Position numbers and translations under genes: made by a program. From Neophaeotheca triangularis (Eukaryota): 64,000 nucleotides of DNA. The stretch is taken from the NCBI GenBank assembly GCA_054600435.1, contig BAAIJX010000022.1, positions 186,001-250,000 on the forward strand, read 5' to 3'. Below the pieces are notes generated by a model, which made no database searches, was not told the origin of the DNA, and saw only the letters and a program-made list of their open reading frames with translations. Below are positions 46,393-58,600 of this stretch, one piece after another (position 1 is the stretch's first letter; each line of letters opens with the position of its first letter).

Positions 46393-47948
46393 ACGATGGT
46401 GGGAGTGCAAGTTTCGTATCGTTTTTCTTTTTGCTTCTCTCGGGAAGACATAGAGTTGCTAGAGCCTGGGTTGGCTCGCGACGGTTTCATGACTATAGTA
46501 TAGTATCTTTTCTAGAGATAATGTTCATCAATCACACAATTACACCAACGGACCGCTTTGCTTGATTTTTTTTGCTCGCAACGTGCTCGATTGAGGCTAC
46601 AGGTTGTGCTGGGCATCTGCCTACATACCTTGATGGATATTTAGACTGGGTTTCACTGCTTTTGCCAGCGCCTGATGGACCTCTTTCTTTTACATTTGCT
46701 CGATGCTTCCGTTTCTTGCTTGTCTTTGACGACGACACACCATGCGCCACTTCGGTGTGTGTTGGGAGGGTTGGCGCTTGAGGTTTCAACTCGGATGCGT
46801 CGTGCTTGGCAACACACTCCCGGCATCCGTGGCAGGACCTTTCGATCGAATGTTTAATCTCTGACGGGCGAGTGCATGGCTGCTCTGGTTTGCATTGCAC
46901 CATTGGCCGTGCCTCCGGAGAATCCTAGATTGGCATCGGGGCACACGTTGAGCCTGCCATCGATTACGACCGGCTGTCCCAGTCGAGGGCTCGTCTGGTG
47001 GCGTTCGTTGGAGAGACCACGACGCCTTATTACCGGAGACTCTCTCTCGCGCTTCTCAAAGCTCCTCATCCGCTCGTCCGCTCTGGAAGAAAGGTCGAAG
47101 GGCAAGCAAACCCAAATGTGTAGGGAAATTGTTCTGGCGTGGATGTGGATGTGGTGGTAGAAACGGCACCTTTCCGTTTCGGGTCAGCTCCAACGACGAC
47201 CCCTCTCCCACCCAGCTCAAGCTCCAACATCACCACCACCTGAACGACAGCTCTCCCGCTCACCAAAGATGAAAGAGAAATCAGGCGCTCGTCCGAGCTG
47301 CACGACCGGAACATGCCAGCGAGGCTATTTGAGTATATCCCTCTCAGCACGCCGCGCCTTTGAAGAACGCCACGGCTGAAGACTACCGCGATCCACCAGA
47401 GTCGAGATCCCGTCGCCTTCCTCTTCCTGTCCAGCAGTCACGAGAGCTCTCACCCCATCTTGCTCCTCCCCCGCATTCTAACGGGCATCGTGCTCCACAA
47501 ACTTCTCCTCCGGGATCTGGGGTAGCTCTGTTTGGAGACCTCACTACTAGTCACCTGGGCACATACCATAACAAATGCCCTTCCGTGGGCCCGGAGCCCT
47601 GGCGCGCACCAATGTCCGGGCTCCCAAGAGCCGGCCCTGCAGGAGACTGCTGCCTTGCCGGCCCTAGATCTTGTCCCTCTTGAGCTTGCTCAGATATGGG
47701 GACGGATGGGCATGTCGAGCTCAAAGACATGGGGAAAGCGCCCCGCTTCATTTCAGCTTCTAAAAGAGATCCTCCCGCCACTGCTTGCAGTCTTCTCGCT
47801 GGAGCAGGAGGAGGGGGTGGTTCCCCGTCGACGTGGCTGCAGATGGGCAGGAAATAGATCATCTGGCCAATTGATTTCCCACGGAGCGTCCCTACCCCTC
47901 TTCGACTTTCGAGGTAAGTGGGGTTAATGAGTTGGCAGCAACAGTGTC

Positions 47949-47954
47949 TATAAA
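47949..47954 (+). promoter_or_regulatory. TATA box of ADH gene
   Basis: TATAAA about 150 nt upstream of ATG 48102, followed by a CT-rich tract. Confidence 0.55.
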
Positions 47955-48101
47955 GCTAGGTTCATCTCCTCTGCATTCCCGTCTTCTTTCCACGCCTCGA
48001 GATACCCTTTTGATCAGACCGGCATACCTCTAAGCAGACAGAGCCATACAAGCAAACACGGCAAGACCAGTCCACTTCTCACCACACCTCGCCCAGCAAC
48101 C

Positions 48102-49386
48102 ATGCCCGAGATCCCCAAGAAGCAATGGGCTCAGGTCATTGAGAAGACGGGAGGCCCCGTCGAATACAAAGAAATCGACGTGCAGCAACCCGGTCCCGAC
48201 GAGGTCCTCGTCAACATCAAGTACTCCGGCGTCTGTCACACTGACCTTCATGCTGTCAACGGCGACTGGCCACTGCCAACGAAGCTCCCTCTAGTGGGTG
48301 GCCACGAGGGCGCCGGTGTGATTGTGGCCAAGGGTGATCTTGTCAAGGACTTGGAGATGTGAGCCTGAAATTCGTCGAGTTGATAGCTCTCACCGAATTC
48401 TGACCCCAAGGCAGCGGTGACCATGCAGGTGTTAAATGGATTAACGGAACGTGCCTGGCCTGTGATTTCTGCCAGCAAGCCGGTGAGCATCAGCCAAAAC
48501 CCCAATCGAGCCCCTATGACCCTTAGTAACAGCCCCCCTCCCCCAGACGAACCCCTCTGCCCCCACGCTCTCCTCTCAGGCTACACAGTCGACGGTTCCT
48601 TCCAACAATACTGCATCGCCAAAGCCGCGCATGTAGCACGCATCCCCAAAGAAATCCCCCTCGACGCCATCGCCCCGGTCTTATGCGCAGGCATCACAGT
48701 CTACAAAGGCCTCAAAGAATCCGGCGCACGCCCGGGTCAGACCGTGGCCATTGTAGGTGCCGGCGGCGGTCTCGGCTCCCTGGCCCAGCAGTACGCCAAA
48801 GCCATGGGCTTGCGCATCATCGCCATCGACAGCGGCGACGACAAGCGCAAAATGTGCACCGAGCAGTTGGGCAGCTATGCTTTTATTGATTTCGCGCAGA
48901 GCAAAAACGTCGTCAAAGAGGTGCAAGAGGCGACCGAGGACGGCTTGGGCCCACATGCCGTGCTCCTGGTGGCGGTCAACGAGAAGCCTTTCCAGCAGGC
49001 CGCCGAGTACGTCAGGCCGAGGGGTGCTGTCGGTGAGTTCGCTCCCATCCACTTCCCAGTTCAATCCCACACCTTCACCTAAACGGTAAACCCCTCCCGA
49101 ACCCCCAAGCCCACTACTAACCGCTCTTCCCTCTCCAGTCTGCATCGGCCTTCCCGCAGGCGCGTACCTGCGCGCCCCTGTGTTCGAATCCGTCATCAAA
49201 ATGGTCACGATCAAGGGCAGCTACGTGGGCAACCGCAAGGACACGGCGGAAGCGCTGGAGTTCTACCGGCGCGGCGTCATCAAAGCACCCTTCAAGACGG
49301 TTGGGCTGAGTGAATTGCAAAAAGTTTACGACTTGATGCACGAGGGCAAGATTGCTGGGCGGTATGTCGTCGACACTAGTAAGTAG
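48102..49386 (+). CDS. ADH1: Zn-dependent alcohol dehydrogenase 1; exons 48102-48358, 48415-48482, 48547-49032, 49139-49386
   Basis: [16 protein letters not shown], structural Zn [44 protein letters not shown]. Confidence 0.96.
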
Positions 49387-50317
49387 GCGGGTGAAAGCTT
49401 GGGGGGTTTTGGGGTTTGGGTGGAATTTCTTTTGAGTTCTTCTGTAGATGTTTGAATCATTTCTTGTCCATCCACTAGGCTAGGTTGACTGAGTGGGAGC
49501 TTCTTTCACGTCGTTGGTCTCAGCTGTGCCTTGTCAAGCCAAGCCAACGCTCGCCGTATCACCCCAGGTCTTTTATAGTAGAGCTGGACTCCACTCCCAG
49601 ACCGCGGGAAAAGGTCCCTTCCGTTTCAGTACCCTTTATATCTCCACCACGATGCTCCTCCACCCGCTCGCTGTCCTGCCTACCCACTCTCAACCATCTC
49701 CACACCCCAGCATTCGATCCTATACAACGCAACCCCGCAATTTCCGCCAACAACCGCGAACGAACGCTTTCATTTCTTAAGAGCCGCGGAAAAGAAAGCC
49801 CCCCCCCGAGAGAAAAAAACAAAAGAAAAAAAGAAAAATAATCCCTTCCGCGAGTAGCTAGTCAAAAGAAACCACCGTTGGTCGAGTACCGGCGATGTTC
49901 GGGTTGGTGAAATTTTACTTCCCTGAGTCGGTACTTACGGACGGGTACGATGGGCTGTGGGTGAGGGGAGCAGATTTTTTTTTTCTTTGGACCTCGCTAG
50001 AAAGTGTTGAAGACTCGTGCGTGCGTGCTTCGAGAGTCAAGACGGGACTTTAGTGGGTAGGTTGGTAGGTGGTATTCGACGATTCTTGTGCGGTTGGAGT
50101 CGGAGGGAGGGAAGGGAAGAGGTGCTCGCGCGGAGGAGTACTGGGGAAGGTAAGGTAAGGTAATAATGTAAGGTACCTGTGTAAGGTGGTGCTGTTTCGC
50201 CCGGGGACTTTCACGAGAGCTGACGAAACCGGGCCCTTGTCCCGCTGTTAGCTCGGTCAGGGATTCGGGCCGCGCCTTGTGTTACGTGGTACCTTTTGTA
50301 CTACGATTACCTTAGGT

Positions 50318-50335
50318 ACTACTACTACTACCTCT

Positions 50336-50369
<34 letters not shown>
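50318..50369. repeat. (CTA)n trinucleotide microsatellite
   Basis: Imperfect run of tac/cta triplets seen directly. Confidence 0.85.
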
Positions 50370-50370
<1 letters not shown>

Positions 50371-51592
50371 AATAATAAGTCTACTGTACGCGGACTAAAA
50401 ATTCTTTCCCGTGTACACGTTTCCCCCGTCCGTTTCACGCCGCTGTGGACCCCGTTTCACACCCCCCAACCTCATTGACAATAATCCCTACTCCCTCAAC
50501 GCGATGCAGTAGTTTCACATATACCCGACCCCCGAGGCCTCGATCACGTACTTTTCCGGCGCGACTACAAGGGTTTTTTCCGGCTTCTTTTCTCTAGACG
50601 TGTCGGCGGCTGCCGAATTACCTTTTAGTAGTAGTTGAAGACCCACCTACTTTTGCGGGCGGCTTTATTACGTCGCTGGGAGGTGAGGTGGAGGGAGTGG
50701 CTGGTGTGGATTCGCTCTTAGGTCTTGCGAGCTGCTGTCGTGTTCTGTATACGAGATTTCTCCCAAGGTCGCGCAAGATGGAGTGGCAAGGCTGGTATTT
50801 GCACTGGCAACTGCTTGTTTTCTTGGGACTTGGTGTGTAGGATGATTAGTATTTGGGAAAAAGAATAATGTTGTGCAAGAGGGCCAAACATGCGTCTTCG
50901 TGTTGATAGTATCTTTTTTTTTTTTTTTTTTGAAAAAAGCCTTGGCGGATCGTCAAGTAGTCGTGTTTCTGCATATGCAGCCTAGCCTACTCACTGACAT
51001 AGCTCGTACTACTGTTTGCCCCTGGCTCTGCGTACCTGCGTAACGCGCTTCCCATCCTATTGATTGTATCATTTTCCACATCTTTCCCTCTCACACCACC
51101 CAAACATCCCGTCTTGCCCGTCCACTCTCTTCAAACTCGCATCCCATCAGCCCACGCTTCTGTTTGGCTCTTTTTTTCTTTTTTGACTACATTATTTATT
51201 ATTTATTACACCTTTCGTTTGCTGTAGGAGGTAGGTGCGTCTGCGGGTAGTACCACCAACACTAGAGGTGCTGGTACTGCTCGTGCTCACCAAAAACCCA
51301 CCCACCTTCCTTCCCACCCGCACCACCTGCACCACCTGCACCACCTTCTTTTTTGTCAAATTCATCTCATCCTGTTTACTACTAAGGTGGTAGTAGTAGT
51401 AGTGATAGTAGTGCGTGCGTCTTTGACAGAGCTCCCGCTACAAACAGCCTCTCCCTTTTTGAAGTTTGCTTTACCTTTAACCACTACTACTACACCGAGC
51501 GGCCGCGACAGCACTGGCTTGGATCGCATAATCAACCCGCCTTCTCTATCGACCCGGAACCCAGCTACGAACCAACCAATCTCCCCGGCGTA

Positions 51593-53185
51593 ATGCTTTC
51601 CGCCATCTCTTACCTCCTCGTCGCCGTGTCGTTGGCACTTGGTGCGCAGGCCGCACCCTTTGGGCCTTTCGGACACATTGGCGCAAACTCCAACCACCAC
51701 CAGGGTCGTCACTTCAAGGCCAATGCCCCCAGCCGCTTCCGAAATGGCCACCACAGGAGTGCTTCCGATGCCATGCACCGTGCTTATAAAAAGTGAGTCT
51801 CGCATGCACCCATGGACCTTGTTGAATCCTTACTAATCACGCGCTTCAAGGTATAATTGGGAAATCGTAGTCATCGATCCTAACAACCTGGCCGATCTGT
51901 TTGGTATCGAGAATGTCGGCAGCGATGGCACCGTCGAAGCTCCTCCCGAGAGCACTCGAGCTGTGCCGACTGTGACCAGGACTGTTACCGCCGCCAACAC
52001 CGCCGCCAACACCGCCGTCTCGACCCCCTTCTCAAACGCAACTGCCGTAGCTGAGCCCACATCTGCTCCGTCGTCTGAAGAAGACTCACCCTCCGCCACG
52101 TCGCCTGAGGAAGAGGAAGACAACAGTAGCGGCGAGGTCTCTGCTATTCCCGAGGAGAACGAGTCCCACTACCTCTCACAAGTCACTATCGGTGGCCAGC
52201 CCCTCACTCTAAACTTCGATACTGGCAGCTCTGATCTCTGGGTCTTCAGCACCTACCTTCCGGACGAAAGTGTTGGCCCGCAGAAACTCTTCGACCCTGC
52301 TCAGTCCCCGGATTGGGAAGAATACGAAGGCAGCTCCTGGTCGATTCGTTACGGAGACGGCAGTTATGCCTCTGGGAAAGTCGGATTCGACACGGTAGAA
52401 GTCGGCGACCTCACCGTTACCAGACAAGCCGTCGAAGTGGCTACCTCCATCTCGCAAGCTTTCACAGATGATGAGAACGGCGACGGTCTGCTCGGTCTGG
52501 GCTTCGGCCACATCAACACCATCGAGCCCGAGCAACAAGACACCTTTTTCGAAAACGTCATGCACGAGCTCGACATGCCCCTCTTCACTGCCGACCTCAA
52601 AGAAGACGAGTCGGGAACGTAAGTCCCCCCAACCAAAACCCCCCTCCCAACCAAGCCAGCCCAACTAACACTCTGTTCTCCCCCCATAGCTACGAATTTG
52701 GCGCCATCGACGCAAGCAAATACCTAGGCGAAGTACACTTTGTCGACATCAACAGCACAGCGGGCTTCTGGCAATTCCAAGCCCCAACCTACCGCGTCGG
52801 CGACGAAACCTCCTCACCCCAAACCTGCAACACTTGTAGCCCCGTCATCGCTGATACGGGCACCTCGCTACTCCTCATGGACGACGAAATCGTCGAAGCC
52901 TACTACGCAGCTGTCCCGGACGTGGAAATGTCCTACGTCGCCGGCGGCTACACTTACCCTTGCAACACGCTCTTGCCGGATTTCGCCGTCCAGATCGGTG
53001 ATTACATGGCTGTTGTCAAGGGCGCGGATATGACTTATGCGCGTGTTAGTCGCGAGAGGTGTTTTGGTGGGATTCAGAGCAATTCCGGTGGAGGGTTGCA
53101 GATTCTGGGGGTTGTGTTTTTCAAGGCTTATTTTGCCATCTTTGATGGAGGGAATATGCGGTTGGGGGTTGCCACGCAGAATTAG
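51593..53185 (+). CDS. Secreted pepsin-family (A1) aspartic protease; exons 51593-51792, 51851-52618, 52690-53185
   Basis: Signal peptide; both catalytic motifs FDTGSSDLWV and ADTGTSLL; flap YGDGS, DGLLGLGF, CFGGIQ. Confidence 0.95.
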
Positions 53186-54717
53186 TGGGGCTGTGTTGTC
53201 ATCTGCTGTTCTTTCGTGAATGGGATCCCTGTGATGATGAGCTGGACTCGAGGACAAAACCGGGAAGCGTGCTGGCTCGAAGGCCTTTGTGAGGGTTTTT
53301 TACTTTTAATGTCGGTGTGTTCCTCGTGCCCACTCTCGCGCTACTGTGGGAGCGGCGACTTGACCTTTCCTTCTCATATTTTCCCCCCCTTTTCCAAAGA
53401 TCTTGTTCCACATCTTCCTTCGCACCGCGTGCAGTGCTCATGTCTATTCGCCTCGTGACTTTGGCGAAAAGACCGTGCAATGTCCGTCTCCCTCCCTACG
53501 TGCCTACTACCTAGTATCTGCAAGGTCCAGCACACCAGACCGACAAAAAACACCAACCGGCGCTCTACTAACCCTCCTCGCTCCAAATCCTCCCCTCCCC
53601 CGGCCCCTTGAACCCCAACAAAGGCGTAGCGTACCCAAACAAGCCAATGCACGCGAACCCCAACGACGACGACGGCGGAACCCGGACTTCCCTTGAGAGA
53701 AAAAGGAAGAGAGCCGCGAGCACCCACCAACCACCTCGATTGCTCGAGCAAGAAAGAGAAAAAAAAAAAAAAAAGCACCACCGTCCCGTGAACCTCACCT
53801 CGCGAGCGAGCGAGAGATTCGCGGTTTTTTCGTTCCCGCGGCCGACTGACTGGCTGGCTGGTTGGTTGAAAAAGACTTGGTTGGTTTATTTTGTTCCTTC
53901 GCTAGACCTGCTCAACGCACGCACGCGCAAGCGCTCCTCCCACTCCAGGCTACGAAGCCCAAGACAAATCCGGCGGTGGTGCCGTGGATCCTGTTCATAC
54001 ATACATATATATATACGTACATCCCCACCGCAGAGCCGGACTCCCCAGGACTAGATTATGCTGGAAAGAAAACGAGGCAGTCGATGGATGCTGTGGCGAG
54101 TACGCTGGGAACCCAAGGGGAAGAAAAAAAAAGGTAAGCTTCGTGAGAGGTGGGTAGGTAGGTATGGATATGGGATTAGGAGAGGTGTATTTACTACGGA
54201 AAAGAGGGGGGAATTGAACGAGGCTGTGACGTTTGGGCTGGGGAGAGAGGTCGGGGTTGGCTTGCGTGGTGTCTTTGCCGGGGGGGGGGAGATGTGCTGC
54301 TGCTTTCTTTTGCGCTTGTGGCGGTTTCGTGATGCGTTGTGGGCGGAGGAGATGGCTGGGTTTGGGGGATGGAGATGGTTTGAGTCTGGTGGTGTTTCCT
54401 GTTTCGGGGGATTGGTACGCTGGTGTGGTGGCTGGGAGGTGTGAGGGTTGGTCTTGGAGAGGATGCGTTGCTGACGGGGCTGAGGACTGTGATGATGATG
54501 TTGTTGTGGTGGCGAGAGTTGGTGGAGCTTGAAGATTTTGGCGGGAGGTTTGGGGTTATATGTCGTGTCCTTCAGGATGATTTGATAGAAAGAAGGGACG
54601 GTGAACCTGAGAATTGATAGTCCCAATGCCCGCCTTCCTGATCCTGAAGTCTGTTTTTCCACTTCAGCACAGTGTTGATCTTCGAATTTGTTTCTTAATT
54701 GTTGCTTTTTATCCCAC

Positions 54718-56151
54718 TCAAACCTCCCGCGTTCCCTCCCCTTCAGCAGGCGCCCGCCTCACCGGCCTCAAAGCCCACTTCCCACTCTTACTATCCCAAC
54801 CCATCTCCAGATCCGCGCCCTCGACACCCACATCCGCGGCCGAAACCGCTCCCTGCCACTCCTCATCGTCGCCGAAACCATGCTCGCCGTCCCTTCGCTC
54901 GAAACCCGGGTACGGCATTACCTCGATACCGTCCTCGCCCAAACCACCGCTGACATCTTCGCGGCTGATACCGCCCCATGAGACACGCGAACCAGCGCCG
55001 AGGCTGCGGCGGGAGCCGCCCCAGGAGACGCGCGAATCGCGTGTGTGGTGCGAGGGAGCGAAACCACTGACCTGGCTGCCAGTGAGGTGGCGCATGGAGT
55101 CGCGGTTGCCGAGGTTGCGGTTCTTCTCGTTGCCGGCTTCGCCGGCGAAGACGAAACCGCCTGCGTAGCTGAAGGGACCTTTGGCGCCGTTGGGAATGTG
55201 GAAGAGGATGTCGATGCGGGAGAGTAGCCAGAACCAGACGATGAAGAGCTCGAGGCCGAAGTTGAAGGAGTAGAAGGAGGCTTTACTGAAGTACCAGGGT
55301 TGCGGGTCGCGGAGGGCCACCGGGTCGAGGAGCGAGGTGCCCGCGCGGTAGGCGGCGCCCAGAGTGAGGACGCAGGCGGAGAAGAGGACAAGGGCGATCT
55401 TCCATCGCATGCGGCCGCCGCCGAATTTGTCCATTGTGCGGGTTGATTTGATGGAGGGGAGGCGGCGCACGATGGTGCTGATGCCGACTATCAGGATGGG
55501 GATGAAAGCGATGACCGCGTAGAGGGTTGCGCCGTAAAGTTGAATGTCGCGAGTTGCTTGCTGGGCGCTGTCCGAGAGGGTGTAGAATTGCACAATCACC
55601 GAGGCAATGAGGGCGAGAATTGTACCGATGATGATGACGAAGAGGATCGGGAAGAGGATGGAAAAGGGTTTGGACCATCCAAAATGCGGGTGTTGGGCGC
55701 GAACGATGCGTTGGCTGAAGAAAAGGTTGGCGAGGAAGAGGAGCACGACACCGGCGTAGACGAAGATTTGTGCCGCCATGCCTAACCGGACGTTGCGTTG
55801 GTATTCGGCCCAGGCTATGCGGAGTGATGTGGCGCAGATGCGGGTTACACAGAAGCCAAACATCATGCCGCTGATGATGAATTTCTTGCCTTTGCGGAGG
55901 TTGATGCGGAAGAGGGCCATGTGGCCAGCGCCGCCAAGGATGAAGAAGAAGAGGAAGACGGCATTGATTGGGATGTCGGGGATCACGCTGGGTGTTTCTC
56001 CCAGACCTTGTGTTTGAGGTGGGTATGGGGGGCTAGAAGGAAGTCCTCCTCCCTGATGGAACCGGTGTTAGCCTCGAAGAATGTTGTATGTGGTGAAGCC
56101 TTGAAAAGGACTCACTGCTGCGTCCGGCCCTCCAGGGCCGCCTGCGGACAT
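54718..56151 (-). CDS. DUF3112-like multi-TM membrane protein; exons 56151-56116, 56052-54718
   Basis: PPYPPQTQGLGETPSVIPDIPINAVF, FGFCVTRI..LRIAWA, AAQIFVYAGVVLLFLANLFFSQRIVRAQHP, PWYFSKASFYSFNF. Confidence 0.82.
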
Positions 56152-58600
56152 GACGATGGGGTTGTTGTTTGACAGCTCCTGGCTGATGTAGCTCTCAGAG
56201 CTCGCAACAAGGAAAAGGTAAGATGGAATGAATGGCAAGCACAGCAAAAGCCAAGAAGGCGAAGATGTAGGACGACCGTTGGAGCACAACAGGCAGAGAG
56301 CAAAGGTAGTCGAGTCGAGTCGAGACGAAACGCGAGATGTCGTAAAACCTACCGGGGTTGACTACTAGAAAGAAAGGAAGAGACACGACAGAGAGAAGAT
56401 GGGAAGGCAGCATGAATGATAGTCGGCCGTCACATGCTCCGACGTTGCGCGTGTCTAGTAGACGAACGGCGGAACGTGGTGGTACATAGTACATGGCGTT
56501 AGTACATACAGACTTTGTGGAATGCATGATTGCCTTTGAACGGGCAGAGGTTGCTGTTTGGAACGAACACGGTCGGGGTAAGAGTTAAGGCTAAGGTCAC
56601 GTCGACCAGCCATTTCCGGAATTGGGGAGAGGAGAGCCGGATGAGGTTGGGGGGATCATAGATTCATGGGTTCACGGGTGATGGGGTGAGGTCGGGCGGG
56701 CTGCATACATGACGCCGACGACATATCGGTGACTCGGCGTTTCGTGCGCCGATCAACAAGTACCTCCTACCTCCGAGGTAAGGTCTCCCGTCTTCAAAAG
56801 TGTCATCGTAATCATTTTTTCAATTGGTGTGTCTTTCTAAATGGTACGACTCGCCGTGCAAAGATACCTGCTCGACCTGATTGATACAAATTCATCGATC
56901 ACATATGAGAATAATAACAATTAGAAGCATGTCCAAAAGTTAAAACCTAATCTCTAACCACTACTGGAAGCTCTTACCCTTCCCAGCTGTCGCACCGGAC
57001 ATGGACCGGGATGTCTAAGCCGGAGACTTCTGGTTGACCCCATCGATGCTTCATCAGTTTCAGCGGACAAACAGTAAATGGAAACCCTGCAGGCTGCAAC
57101 AGCTGCTACTAGCATCTGCTAGTAGCAGACAAATGAATAATGTAGTAGAAAATGACAATCAATTGCTCGCAAACCCGTTGCTGGCGTCGCATCTTCAAGG
57201 AGTAATATCTAGAGCGAGCCTCTCTTGTGCACGAGGCGTTCTGATTTGGCACGAGCGTAGGTGTTCAACACAGAGAGTTAAACATGGCCACGTTATACAT
57301 ATGGCGTTAACACTTCCTACAAGCTCTCCCGTGACGCTTCACGCTTCACGCTCCATCCTGCCTTTTTTTCAAGAAGCCACAAACGGCATCGAGCCACAAC
57401 TCACGAACGCACACGGTAAATTCCCACGTAGCTTTGACCGGAACCAGGCGATTGCCGTGGTCCGGAACTCCATCTTTCCGTACAGACAAGATCGAACGAC
57501 ACGGTCAAACACTACCTTTACCGCTTCTGCCTATGGTGACGCGGAAAAACAGCCTTACGGGCTATTTAATCGCAAAGAGCCTATCGCATAACTTAGAGGG
57601 AATCTCTGGCTCCAGGCTGCATGGTCCATTTACCACAACGAGCAGCCGTCCGTCTTCATCTCTCCCTACTCACGCGCCCTTGCGCATAGCAGCACCGCCA
57701 CCAGCTCCCCTACACGGATAAAGCACACTTTCGGCGCAACGTTTGCCCCAGGAGATCGTATCTACGTAGCGATCGCCAAGCACGATCTACACGCCATGCT
57801 CGCAGAATAAACCCTAAACTAAAGATGCATTCCGCGAATCGCTTTTCTCCATGGGCCCGAAGTCTCACAGCATTATGTAGGCATGGTGGAGAGGGATCAT
57901 GTGTAAAATAAGTGGAGGAGGTAAGCTATTAGCTTTTGCGTCTCGTCAGGACGACTTCAGGTTCAAACGTTGTCGTAAGTTATGTATGTTATGCACCTCG
58001 TAAGTTTGAAGAGGAGTGACGATAATAAGGATAATAAGTAGCCCAGTCGACGACCGGCGTCTTTGCAGCTGTCTGTCCCCTGTCTACCAACTTCAAACCT
58101 CCCTAACTTCGCGCTTTCAAGCCTCTAACCTTTGCCGACCAAGACGAAAAGACCCGTCTACACTTCTAGAGCCCTCGATCGCGAGACAAGTTTCCTGCCA
58201 TCTTTCTCAAGCCCTAAAACCAACCTAAGCCGCTGAAATGCCCCGCCGCTCCATCTCAACCGGTACTCTAATGCCCAGCTCGCTCCGCTGGCGCGATCTT
58301 CGGGCTTGGTATGAGCATCATTTCGGCAGCAAGTCGCCTTGGAAGCAGGTCTGAAAACCTGCCTGAAGGGGAGGAAGAGGGTGGTTTGCGGGGTAGAAAG
58401 GGAGGGGTGTCTGGGCAGACGTTGGGTAGGCTGCAGCGGTATCAGTGGATGAGGGAGAGAGGTGTCTCGAGACCCTGAATGGGGACGGAGCGCACCGTCC
58501 GCCTGCTTGTCTGCGCGGGCACGCATGCGGATCCGTTATGCAACGCGGTCGTCGAAGGCCCAGCGGCGGCACTCATAAACCACAACGCTCAGACTGCGCC

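Noticed and set aside
49384..49456. Stop-codon readthrough giving a cryptic PTS1 on ADH1 or other genes
   Set aside because: The stops I checked are not in TGA-CTA context, and the ADH1 extension does not end in an SKL-like tripeptide.
57034..57591. 185-aa intergenic ORF (also 5643-6521 and 54051-54662)
   Set aside because: Atypical composition, no motifs, and weak start or overlap with a real gene or skewed DNA.
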